Assembly (NCBI GenBank): GCA_012295275.1 | Contig: CM022665.1 | Location: 17,608,001-17,672,000, forward strand | Reading direction: 5' to 3' | Source: Chrysomallon squamiferum | Lineage: Eukaryota > Animalia > Mollusca | Length of the DNA: 64,000 nucleotides | Shown here: positions 39,049-52,036 of the stretch, piece by piece | Layout of the letters: each line of letters begins with the position of its first letter | How positions within the stretch are numbered: the stretch's first letter is position 1 | The notes under the pieces: model-generated | Database searches by the model: none | Seen by the model: only the letters and a program-made list of their open reading frames with translations | What the model was told of the DNA's origin: nothing | Translations under genes and position numbers: made by a program

Positions 39049-42000
39049 TTATCTGTTTACTGTTCTCATCCCAGTTGGCTTTACTGAATATAGAGCAACA
39101 CCACCAATAATAAAGGTGAATGCAACAAAGTACAAAATATGGAACTGAAAAAAAGAAGAAGAAAAAGTCACCTTTGTAAATATTTCACAAATTAAATTAT
39201 ATACTTAGTTGGAGTATTTGCAGGCTTTGTATATAACCGAATATATATATTATTTTATCACAATTTCTAACCAAATTTAACCGTTTGTTAAAATCTTAAA
39301 ATGTTGTGGTCAGATTAAAATGTTTAAAAATTCATTATTAATTCATCTATTCAAGAGAACTACTAATCATACTTCCATTTTTGGAAAATTATTACAATAT
39401 AATATACTAAATTAACAATTTTATTTTTATTTTCAGTGAAAGTTTCAATTAATAAAATATGTGTTTAATATATTTTCTGTTGAAAACTCAAATATGGTTT
39501 GATAAAGAGTTCAGGTAATCAGGGGAAAAGTGAAAACAGAACCAATTAAATTTTCGAAATTTTACCTGATACTTGAATATGAAGATTCCAAGAATGACAG
39601 TGTAAAAATCGGCAGACAATATGGAAATGTTCGCCACTGTTGCACTTGTACTTTTTATTATTACTGTCATGCACGTGTAAAGCAGAAATTGACAAGCAAG
39701 AAATCCCAACCAAGGCAAAACTGTAATAAAAATAAAATGTATTACCATTGTTACATAAATTTTAATATTTAATCTGAATATCACTCTTGTTTAACAACAT
39801 TAAATGTAAATCAACAAATATCTGTTTTTGTTCGTGATATATTGCTTACATATAGTTATATCTTTTAAAAATGGCAACTTCCATGAACTGCCATACACTT
39901 ACTAGGTTATTGTAATATTTTATTAGTAGTAAAGGTTAATATTAAAACTAAAATTTATTATGCTTTACATTTGCATCATCACTTTAACAAGCAGCAAATT
40001 AAATATTCAAAAAGTATTCAGGCTAGTCGTTACAAGCTTCATGGATATTTTAAAAATAAAATGTATGTACACAAAAAGTGTCAGTTGATGAGTCAGAAGC
40101 AGATGTTAAAATGTAACTCACTTATTTTGTATGATGTGAAGTCTAGTTTGTCCACTTCGCTGCTTTCAAGAAGTGTACTAAAATTAAATAAGCATGATTG
40201 AAAATAAATAAAAATTTAAACCTAAACCATCTCGTTTTGTTAAAATACACCATCTGGCCAAATGAAAAATAATTTTGTTAAGTTTCACCTATGTATTTAA
40301 AACATTTGGTTATGTATTTTTAAAATAATTTCCAAATAATCTATTAATTTGGGGCTAGTCCTGAAAATTAATAATTTAGAAATGTTAAATTTCTGTTTTC
40401 ACTTAAAGTATCCAAAATTGGTAAAGAATTTGTTTTGTTTTTTTTCTCTCAAAATCAGTGTAGCTAATAGTCCTGATGTTTCTAACAGGTTACATTTGAT
40501 GCTTGCTAATCTTTACTTACGGTTACTAAGATTTTTATAACTTATTGTTATTATTAGTTTTATTATTATTACAATTGTTTTTGTTTTTTTTATTATTATG
40601 GCTATTCTTATTATTATTGTCATTTTTACTCTCTCTACTTCACTTTGTACTTACTAAATATAAAATGCAAAGAAGAAACCTACAACTGAATTCCACTTAT
40701 GAAGCTGCCAAAGAGACCAATCATTCCGAGGAATTCTGATCTGTCGTAATGTTTCACAACAAACTCTTCTCCTATATTAGACACTCCATACAGAACTGCT
40801 GCCAATACACAGAAAATATCACCAAGCCATTGCTCAGATCCTAGAACATTTTAAAAAGATAATAATAAAATAATACATTATTATTAAAGTGTCAACACTG
40901 GTGATAAAAAAAATTTAAGACAATATTGTTAAACAGTTTGCATTAGATGCCTGGTATTACTTTCAAATGGGCTGAAATATTAATAAAGAAATATTATTTG
41001 CTGAATGTAATGAGCTGTTCCTAATATTACAATGAATTATAAAATGCTGTGGTATGTATTGTCATGTACATGAAAAAGAATGTAAATAATTGTTGTTGTT
41101 GATGAGTAAGAGTAGCCCATGAAATAGTGTTAGTAGATTATCTCTATATACAGGGTGATGCAAAGGTTACTTACCATTTTAAAAAATAAATAACTCATAT
41201 TTATAGTCTATTTTATTTATTTATTTTTGTGATATTTAAATAAAGATTTGGGAGATACTCATAAACAACTATAAATATTTATATACATTTTTGTGTGCAT
41301 AAAACCTACAATCAGCAACAAACAACTAGTAAAGGACTTCAAAATACTCATTCTAATAACCTTGTGAGTCAGAGTTTCGACCAGATAAAACATCAGCAGC
41401 AATCAAACCACCAGATCCAAGAAGACAGACAACAACTCCGACAAAATGAATGAGCCGATATTTCACTCTGAGAAACAACGTAGACAACAACATAACAGTG
41501 GGTAGTGATAAACAATCCAGCAACTAGAAAGGAAATTGTGTATGAGATGAACATTTTTAGAATAAACTGTATCCTAAAAAAGAAAACCTGATATATTATT
41601 TTTATACATGCACAAACATGCATAGAGAATATATGACTGACTGACAGTAAATGATGAGTTCATTGTCACGTATAAGGTGAGTAGCACCCAATTTCTGTCA
41701 GTTGATTATTTGGAATTTGTTTATAAGAAGTTTAGTTAATAATTTTTTTTTTTTTTTAAATTATAAAAATTAATAATTGGCCACACAGTTGCTGATAACA
41801 TGACTTACCAGAAAGAATCTGACAGTGAAAACAAATGAAATTGGCTGCTACTTTTGACTCGCACTGTATTTTGTGATGTTTGGAACAAGCCCTACTTAGT
41901 ATTCTACTATGGCATCACAATTAGCAATTTCCCATTTTAAATTAGTTTCACTAAACACATCATTATCACATAAAAACCAAATCTAATACTTAATCAGTTA

Positions 42001-45000
42001 ATAACATTTTTAAAAACAAAATTCCATTTAGTTGTTAAACAAATATTCTTTAATATAAAATGTTGATATAAACGAAACACAATATATACCTGCACACTTG
42101 TAACAGTAGTATAGGAGTAGGCCTTGATAGCTAAATAGTTAGCTTCTACATCAATCACTGAAAGAAGTAAATATTTCCACCAGTAATGCCTGAGAAGAAA
42201 ACCAAATGATCGCTCTTTAACTCGACAGGCTAAAAACACTGTGAAAATCAGACACAACAGAAAATAGTTGACAAAACTCTGTGCTGAAATATAAAGGAAA
42301 AACAGTTTTAAATGCACAACATTTTTCACAAGGTTTAACTTTACATGCATTAATTTAATGTATTCAAAATTAACTATTAAATATAAATTAAATAATAATC
42401 ACCAAAGACATTTCTGAAATTATTATTGATGAAGTTAAAATAATTTTATATAAATAAATATACTAGTATGTAATTATTGTTATGACACCTGAACATGCCC
42501 AAATGTGGTCCTTTAAGAATCAATCCCTATAAGCAGAATTCTGAACTATTTCCCATTATAAACTGTTTCTTACAAGTTATACATAAAAAACTGTAGTTTG
42601 TGCTGTTTTATCCACTGGAAAGTGCATGTTAAAAATCTTGTTTTGCTAATGAAACAAAAAACATGGAATGTGCTGTTCTGTCTAGTGAAAAAATCTCATA
42701 CTGCTAACAAAACAAAATTTTGAAGGTTTCTTCTTAAATGTAGTCAGTAATAGAAAATATGCTGTCATTAAACAAACAAAAAACTGAAAAGTTTGTTTTT
42801 ACCTAGATATGTTAATTATAACAAAATGACACACACCTGTAGGTGTGTGCACACCTTCCTGGGCAAGAAGTCCAGTGAAAATGCCTGTCCCACACAGAAG
42901 TAATGACAAAAACTGTCCTAAAACTAGTGCCTTCAAGAAGTCTCTGAAAAACAACATTCAGTAACATGTACACATGCTAATGTGTGTGTGTACACATACA
43001 AACACAGCATAAAAAAACACTTTTTCTAGATATACAGATAGCATATTAATATCACTTCATTGCATTGTAATAATACATACACTCACAAACACTGCATACA
43101 ATAAACACCTTTTCTAAACCCATAGTGTGTTTATATAATGAATCAGTAACAACACTTCATAGCTATGTTTATAATAAACAACAGTTACATATAGACTATA
43201 AACTGTATTTATGTATTAGTATACAGTGGTACCTTGACTTACAAGTTTAATTCATTCTGTGACTGAGCTCATAACTCAATTTACTCATATATCAAACCAA
43301 TTTTCCCAAATTAAATTGATTGAAATACTATTAATCCATTCCAGCCCTCCCAAAACCACCCCAATATTTTGTAACATGTTTTTAAATAAGAAAAATGTAT
43401 GTATAAATGACAAATATTGTATAAAAAAAACAAAATAAAAGAGCATGTAAAGTCTACAGGGTTAGGTTTCTCCATCTTTTCATGGACAGAGGTCTGCAGC
43501 TTAGAAATTATTTTAATGCCTTACAGGGTTAGGGTTTCTCCATCTTTTCATGGACAGAGGTCTGCAGCTTAGAAATTATTTTAATGCCTGTGGCTGAAGT
43601 TATAGCCTTTATCGACTCCTTCTGCTTCAGTAATGTATGTATCAGAAATGCTCTACGCTCATATTGCCTAGCAATGTTGAACTATACATACACCTTGCTT
43701 ATGTGTTTCTATGAGTTGATGCTTTAATTCAATGGACATCATCTGCTTCTTCTTCTCAACACTGTCCTTTGCACTCACTTTCTTAGGATCCATGGATATT
43801 TGGCAAAATACTGCACAAAACGTGAGCACAACACAACAAAGATGCTTCCATGGCAAATAAACCAGATGAAGTAAACAAGTGAGATGAGGGAAGCTGGGCG
43901 GATAACAGTGACATATCTGAAGCTTGCTTAGTAACTTGGATTCTGGCTCACAATTGAAAGCAAAAAACTAACTAGGTGGCTGCTCATAACTTGATGCACC
44001 ACTGTATATATATATATAAATGTAGATAAAGAAATACATTCACTCATATATTAAAAAAGCATAATTTCATGAAATAATTCCATTATGTACTTGTGTCTGT
44101 GTGTGCAAGCGTGTATAGTTAAAAAGAAAGAAAAGGAAAGAGAAAGATAATGAAAACAAAAAGAGTAAGAGAGAATTCAATTATTTTCAGTTTTAAATGT
44201 TAATATTATTAATCTGATTTATAAATGGTTTAGTTCACTGTTATTCAAACACTACACTCACACAAATTGTCAGTAAATGTCAATGAATTATAAACTAAAT
44301 AAACACAATTTAAATGAAGTGAAATCATATTCTGTATGTATTGTCAACATCAACATCAACATTTTTTAAATTTTTAATCTTTTATTTATTTTTTCTAAAT
44401 TTTAAATTTTTAATTATTTATTATTATTTTTTTAATTTTAAATTTTTAATTATTTATTATTATTATTTTTTTAATTTTAAAGATTTATTTATTTATTTAT
44501 TTATTTATTATTTTTAAATAAATAAATGAAAAGTCCCACTATTTTAAAGCAAACAAAACCAAATTGATGTTATTTTTCTACTCACCTATTACAAATCTTG
44601 TAAAAACATTTCTGCAGAAAGCCATGTGGATAAGCATCATCATTTTTCACAATGTCACTGCATTCACTTTCCACTTCACTCTGTATGTGTGCATGATCTG
44701 TGGAAGTCATCTTAAATGACACTTGAATAACTAGATCTAGAAAATAATAAATTAAAAAATGTTTAAATAATGAAAAAATTATTATAAAAAATATGAAATT
44801 AATATGTGTACATTCTACAAGTTAACAAAATCTAAGTAAATAAATAAATACTGATAAAGGACACTAAATATCTTTTTTAAAGAATTAATTAATAATTAAC
44901 AGGAAAAAAAATCTTTACATATTTATTATTATTATTACTATTTTTTTATTTTTTATTTTATTTGGTTTGAAGGTAGGAAAGATTCGTTTTAATCTCTTTT

Positions 45001-45191
45001 TTGTTTGTTTTTTTATATTCTTATTTTTTTAGTGATATAATTTACACAATTTAAACTTTTTAAATGACATCTGACCTTTACTTTTGATTATACTCATGAC
45101 AAATTGATTTCAAGTTGGATGCTAAAAAAAAATAAGGTCAAAATAAAAACCAAATGACAGCAGTTATGGGCAGAAATTGTATGTATGTCTC

Positions 45192-45236
<45 letters not shown>

Positions 45237-45965
45237 ACATAACTTTGTATATGTATCAGAATGTACTTTTGTGTATTTCTGAATATGCCTGTCTGTGTAT
45301 CTTTCTTAAATAAATTAATCATTACATAATTTACATTTACTTACACAATAAATCTTTTAAACAATTACTTATTTACAATACATTAATTAGCAGTTCCTCT
45401 TATAATTATTTTACCATATATCACTGCTCTCTCTCTCTGTGTCCATAACCTATGTCCATCAAATAATAAAGGTGTAGAATATTCCTTTTTCTTTCAGTCA
45501 TTCCATAACAGCAGGTCTGAAATTATTATAGTTAAATGTTACAATAAATATGGTAGTTTTTTCTTCTTCTTCTTCTTTCCTCTAAACCTATGTTCTCATC
45601 AGTTTTCTTTTTAAATAATCATAATTACTTTAAAATATATTTAAATAAAAATTATATTCAGTGACAAAGAAAAATAATAACTTTTAACAGAAATATCGAT
45701 CTAACTGTAAACTAGAACTAGATATCTTTTGTTTCAATGAACATGCTGTAGGCTGTAGCCACACGTAAAATATGTTGTTTATAATTTAAATGATTAAAAT
45801 ATCTGTATTGTTTGTTTTTTTACTGTTTACATATAAATGTAAAAAAAATCATTACAGCTGATTCAGATCTATCAGTATAAATGAACTAACAAATATGTTC
45901 TATTTTCATGGTAGGCACGTGACTATGTTTACGATAGTAAGCAAAGTGATACCTACTAACGCCAT
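39049..45965 (-). CDS. SLC35F2: Solute carrier family 35 member F1/F2-like transporter, 363 aa
   Basis: Phase-consistent exons 45965-45953, 44736-44586, 42943-42837, 42283-42090, 41523-41361, 40840-40684, 40177-40122, 39720-39566, 39144-39049. Motifs LGQFLSLLLCGT, QSFVNYFLL, WWKYLLLSVIDVEANYL..KAYSYTTVTSVQLLDC, LYGVSNIGEEFVVK, EFLGMIGLFG, SATVANISILSADFY. Probably a co-orthologue of vertebrate F1 and F2. Confidence 0.92.
43224..44004 (-). mobile_element. Internally deleted Tigger/pogo element retaining a decayed transposase N-terminus
   Basis: TA|CAGTGGTACCTTGACTTACAAG ... CTCATAACTTGATGCACCACTG|TA. The minus strand from 43793 encodes MDPKKVSAKDSVEKKKQMMSIELKHQLIETHKQGV and, after a frameshift, IARQYERRAFLIHTLLKQKESIKAITSATGIKIISKLQTSVHEKMEK, resembling the CENP-B-type HTH of Tigger transposases. 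Confidence 0.88.
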
Positions 45966-46784
45966 ATCCGGTTGTACATGTGACATGATATTTACATTTA
46001 TTTATTTTTTATTTTATTTTAGTTATTTATTGTTTAATATTGCCATCTGCGAATGATATACATCAGTATTTTAACGATATCTGTATGTCAGTGATGATGT
46101 TTAAAACTGAAACAGTGAAAGCCACAAATTTGATAAAATATAAAATACCGTGCTCTTCATCGTGCTCAAACTTGTACAGCAGTAGTAAGAGCCAACAATA
46201 TGGAGAAGTGCATAATTAATTTAATGATTTTATGTTTTAACTGCAGTGATTTCTGATATTCTCCACAATTACATATTCATTATAGTTATATTAAGCAACG
46301 ATTATATTTATTATTATTTAAAATTACTTTTTCATTATTGTTATAAAAACGATGTCCAACATTAAATTTAAAAAAAAAAAAAAAAAAAAATTCTTTCTTA
46401 TTTCATAAGTTTTGCGTAAATTCCATACATATTTAACCAATTAAATGTTTTATTCAAAACATGTAAGTTATAAGAAAAGAGTGAAAATTGTGAAACACGA
46501 CTTCGTCACTGCAGTCCTGTTATTTCACAAGCTTGGAACGTTCTTCAAGGACTGAAAGTCTACTCGATCAGCTGATGTGATTGTATCAGCAGTTGCCATT
46601 GGCTATTCGTTTTACCAACGTCCAATAAACAATAGGCTTTTATCCCATCTTATGAAAACCAAAACAGGAAGTTTCATTTATGACAGAGTAGTGAATGAAA
46701 GTTGTAAAATCGCATTCGTAAAACATAAAGTGTAATAAAAGGGAAATCATTGGGTGACATCCTCACCAGTTTATTCGTGTTACT
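45966..46784. promoter_or_regulatory. Probable bidirectional promoter between SLC35F and Rab39
   Basis: Divergent ATGs 820 bp apart. Local CpG enrichment. CCAAT/ATTGG boxes near 46598 and 46622. ETS-like CAGGAAGT at ~46665 and CCGGAT next to the SLC35F ATG. Confidence 0.55.
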
Positions 46785-47821
46785 ATGGTGGAACCTATAT
46801 TCGAGTATCAATTTCGATTGATTTTGATAGGTGACAGCACGGTTGGAAAGTCGTCGATTTTGCGGTATTTTACTGATGGCAAATTTGACGATCAATGCGA
46901 TCCAACAGTCGGAGTAGATTTTTACGCTCGACTCATTGAAGTAAAGCCTGGGATACGCGTCAAACTTCAGTTATGGGACACAGCTGGTCAAGAACGTTTT
47001 AGGTAAACAAGCTTTTGTCAGACATGCTTTTACCCAAAAAATTATGTAATTTATTCAACATGGTTTCCAAAATCGTCAGACATGATTATGTAATAGTATA
47101 ATGTCACATTAAATGTGGGGTTTTTGTACCACGGGTGGGGGAGAACCAGCTGTTTGTGCGGAATAATGATGGTGATAGTTTATAATCAAGGAAAATACTA
47201 CAGATATAAGAAAGAAACTGATAAATTTCATCTCATTAATGACAAAAATCAGACGTGCTATTTTATATAATCATTAATTTTTTTTTTTTTTTTTTTGCTA
47301 TTTATATCATAGCATTGATTAGGTATTACTTTAAAGAAAAAGGAGAAAATAATGAAAACTAAGCAAGTATTAATACTAAAATTTCAACTTTCAGGTCAAT
47401 AACAAGATCATACTACAGGAATTCTGTCGGAGTCATGATGGTTTACGACATCACTAAGAGAACAAGCTATGAAAATATAAAAGACTGGCTGGAGGAAGCC
47501 AGGTCTCACATCGAACCACACCGTGCAGTGTATCTAGTGCTAGGCCACAAATGTGACTGTGAGGAAGAGCGACAAGTCACTGCCAGGGAGGGCAGGCGAT
47601 TTGCTGAAATACATGGTCACAAGTTTCTGGAAACGTCAGCCAAAACGGGGCAGAACATCGAAGAAGCCTTTTCATCTATTGCTAAAGAAATTTACCAGCA
47701 GATTCAAGATGGCATTATTAAAGTGGAAGATGGCTGGGACGGGGTGAAGTATGGCTTTACCAGACCTCACGAGACTGTTCATTTATTGGAGGGAGAGCCT
47801 GAGGGTGGGGGTTGCTGCTGA
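46785..47821 (+). CDS. RAB39: Ras-related protein Rab-39, 214 aa
   Basis: Two exons, 46785-47002 and 47395-47821 (phase 2 in FR|S). [55 protein letters not shown], ETSAK and DGWDGVK are Rab39-type motifs. C-terminal GGCC prenylation motif. Confidence 0.96.
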
Positions 47822-49419
47822 TAAAGAGTGAGGTTGTTATACCTGACGTCTTTCTGTTGAAAACAGTTCTCACCTGTAATTTATTTAAAAATAATTCATA
47901 TGTCACAGGTGTTTACTGAAATATGTGTTGTTCTTAACTGTATCACTGTTATGCAGATCGATATCAGTTTTCATTTTCAGCTTTAACTGCAGATGATAGA
48001 AAACTTGTCTTTTTTCTGGTGATTTGAAGTCTCCTTTTATTTATATTTCAATACTACTCAATCTTATAAACCAGAATTTTCAAATCTCTCTCCACCTACA
48101 GTGTTTTTACAGTGTTTCCTGTATAAGACTTAGTTGCATAATCATGCATATTGTCTCAGTTAATGGCATTGGTAACTTTATCTTGTTGCAATGTTTTTTG
48201 AAAATAAGGCTTAAAGGAAGATTTAAAAATAATTATACTTTTATTCTGACAGAAAACCTAATGAAGTAAGTAATCAGCTTAAACTAAAGATTAATTTAAA
48301 AATAATTTATTCAAATATAATATATATATATTTCTTTTTTTCTTCATGAAAATCATGAAAATCAATAATATTTTAATTTAGTTTATTTAAAGAATTTCAT
48401 AATAAAGGAATAGAGATATTTTGAAGAAGGTATTTGTATGTTTGTGTTTCTGAATTATAATTATGATATATATATATATATATTTAAAGTGTGTATGTCA
48501 TTAGAACTTGGTTAATATCAGCCATTAAATGGGAACTGCTAGTGACAGCATCCGTATTATGTTTTTAAGGGTTTATTAAATCAAATTCTTGTGTTCCATA
48601 CAGCAGCTAGTTTTTTTGTTGGACATATCCAGCTGTTTGTAATTTGTATCGGAAATGAAATGAACACCTAATGACACCTCAGTAGATTTGAATGTGTGGT
48701 CAATGCAGGTACCACATTATGTTTCTTTTTTTTTTTTTTTTTCCATTTGTTTGTTTTATGGATTATGATTATTATTTTTTTTTTTTTTTTTTTTCTCCTT
48801 GTTTGTTTATTTGTATCTCAGATATGAGAAAAGAAATTTATTCCACCACCCCAAGGGCCACTTTTGTCATTTAATAGTTTGAGATCTTTTATAAGCATTT
48901 TACATGGACAGAAAACCACATACCATGGCTTATTGATAAACCAATCATGGGTAACAGGCTGGAAAAAAAGAAATAGTCCAATCCAAAAGATACTAGATTC
49001 CACAGTATTAACTGTACTTCAGTATATGACTTTAATCTGACTGATTCATATTAAGGTTCCCAAAATCATTGTCAAAAGATTATGTACACGAATAATTTGT
49101 TTTATAAAGTTTATAGGTAATGTACAGTATTTTCACTGATCTCTGATTTTCCCATCTGTGCAATGCATGATACGTTGTTGATTTTTTTAAAATTAATTTA
49201 TTGTTTAAAAATGTTAAAACTAACTGTCTTAATTCAACTTTTCATTTTAATTTGAAATGTACTTAATGTTATCTGAACAAAACTGATGAAGTATGTTCTA
49301 TATATTATTGATTTCCTACTGGAAACAAGCTTCTGCTAATAATAAAGTGTAATGAATTAAATAAATTAAAACAATGGTTTTAAATAACAAGTGTATAAAA
49401 GATTCTGGCAAAGCTATGT

Positions 49420-50070
49420 ATAACTGCTTACTTAGTCATTTAAATTTTTTGGCATGGAAACACTAAACAAGATTCATCAATTATTCTTTTAACTTATTTT
49501 TAAGTTTATTTATAAATCTAAATGGCAGATTATGGACAGAATATTAACCCATGTACCTCCAAATCCACTACACACTTCTTCTGTTAATTTAAATGCATAG
49601 GCACATCATAAATTACGGTTTGTTGTTTATTCTTTAACATTTTCTGTTTCAGTTCATTTTATTTATTTATAAAGTCTAAATGACAGATGATTATCAAAAT
49701 ACTAAACCCTTTACCATCAAAGCCACTGTACACTTCTATCATTCATTTAAATTCATTGGTTAAGGCTGATCTTAGACTGTAATTCATCAATTATTCATTT
49801 AAATTTTGTTTTAATTTATTTAATTTATTTATACAGTCTAAATGAAGATAATTATCAAAATATTAACCCCTTTATCACCAAAGCCACTGCATACGTCTGT
49901 CATTAATTTAAATTCACTGGCAAAGGCACATCATAAACTATAATTTGTCAATCATTCTTTTGAGTTTTGTTCTGATTTAATTTATTTATAAAGTCTAAAT
50001 GATAGATGACTGACGGAATATTAACCCCTTTACCAGCAAAGCCACAGCTTACTGTTATTGTTAATTTAAA
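49420..50070. repeat. Tandem repeat, ~159-bp unit, 4 diverged copies
   Basis: TTTATTTATAAAGTCTAAATG..AATATTAACCCCTTTACCA.CAAAGCCACTG recurs, with TCTAAATG at ~49517, 49676, 49837 and 49994. Confidence 0.85.
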
Positions 50071-52004
50071 AAATAAAGGAAAAGGAAAAAGATTATAAAT
50101 GATGTTCTTAAACATTTTAGTAAAACCACAAATGGATTTTCCACTAACAATTCAATCTCAGTAAATTTTCACTGAATATAATCAAATTTGCCAACCAAAA
50201 TTTTTGCCACTGAACATTTTCAAGAAATAAATATATTGACTAGAAAATAAATATGACATTTGTAGCATTTATTTGTTTAATTTAAAACATTTTCCTCTGT
50301 CACATGCTAATCACTGTATTCATTTGTTTTTTGACTTGTGGTTATTTTTGTATTGCTGGTTTCTGTTTGTATTGTTTATAAATGAGAAAGAAAAAAAGAA
50401 AGGTGTATTTTCATGTGTGTTTGTAAATTTTAAATTAATGTTGGGTTTTTTTTTTTTTTTTTATATATCAGATTTTTTGTCACCATTAAATAAGGAAAAT
50501 GTATGTTTATGTGTGTTTTTATGTGTATATTTACATACACACTTTCACACAAACAAATTGCCTAAATGTACATTCTTGTTATTGCTTTATTTATCATAGG
50601 CAACCAATCTTTATGCTGTTAATAAAGTCTGACAACAACCTTACAAATGCATAAAGACACATGGAAGCTGACAATTTTTTTTTATGTGACATTATTTTAC
50701 TTAAAGAAATGTAGAATCATCAGTAACAGTTATCACATTTGTAATGATATATTTAGGATGTTGGCCAGTTTTTTAATATTATTTATCCATTTATTTATTT
50801 TTATTTAATTAATTACTTATTTAATTAATTACTTTATTTATTTATTTATTTACTTTTTTCTGACAAAAATAGCATAATGAAAGATATGTCTCCATCCTCC
50901 ATATGTTGTTATCAAAATACGACAGTTCCTTAAAATTTAAGAATCATTTGTATGTATATGGTGTATTTATGCACTGACATATTAAAAATAACTAATGAAT
51001 TAAAAAAAAAATTTTCACTAATATTATTCAGATTCCAGTAGTTAACAAATTCAAAAGTTTAAAACCAGTAAATATTTGTTTAATAAAGTTTTTTTTTAAG
51101 AAATGAAGTAATAATTACAATTCAGTTATTAAATTGAAAAGTATCGGTAAAATAAATATAGTAAAGTATATTTCTGGTTTTAAATACTGTTGTAAAATGG
51201 ATTTTATCTTTGCCATTCTCAAATCTTGTTTGTTTTAAATGATATTATGGCTCATATAATTGTATAGTATATACTATTTATTAAATTTTGTAATATTCTG
51301 TGAAGTTTCTGTTATGATTTTTTCCCCTCAGTTTAAAGTAAGTACAATGTCTATATACAATGTAATATTGTCACTGAATGAATTTTATAAGTTCACTTTG
51401 CATTGTAATTTCTTCAGATGTTAGTAATACTTGCAGTATTTTGTTGTAATATAAATATTACTTTGTTGTATTGTTAATATTACTGTTTTATTATTAATAT
51501 GACATTATTTTAATATTAATAGTACTAGGTTTTCATACCAATATTACTTTCTTTTAATATTAATACTTGTTTCAGTATTAATATTTCTGTGTTTTAATAT
51601 TAGTATTGTTTGATTTTAATATTATTACTGCTTATTTTTATAATTTATTATTGTGCTCTGGATTGTTGATTTATTTTGTGATATCATTACTTTCTACTTT
51701 ATTGTTATTTTTTCTTCATTTTAAATATAATTAGAAATAATACATATTAATATAACCAGGTAAATACATATATTAGTGTTTGAATTTCATGTAGAATTAG
51801 AACAATATATGTGTATGTTTGTGTATGTATATGTATTATATGTATGTATAATGTATTTGCTTATATATCTATATATATTGTTTCAATTACATCAAAATAC
51901 ACATTTAAGAAATCAAAAGTTTCTTTTTTTGGTTTTCTTTATTATTTTTAAGCTTTGAATTTAATTTTTTTTTTTTTTTTACGTAATATGTGTATATGTG
52001 TGTA

Positions 52005-52036
<32 letters not shown>

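Noticed and set aside
41148-41200. TACAGGGTGATGCAAAGG, and GACTCGCACTGTA near 41857, as Tc1/mariner termini
   Set aside because: They resemble single transposon ends, but I could not pair them as matching inverted repeats.
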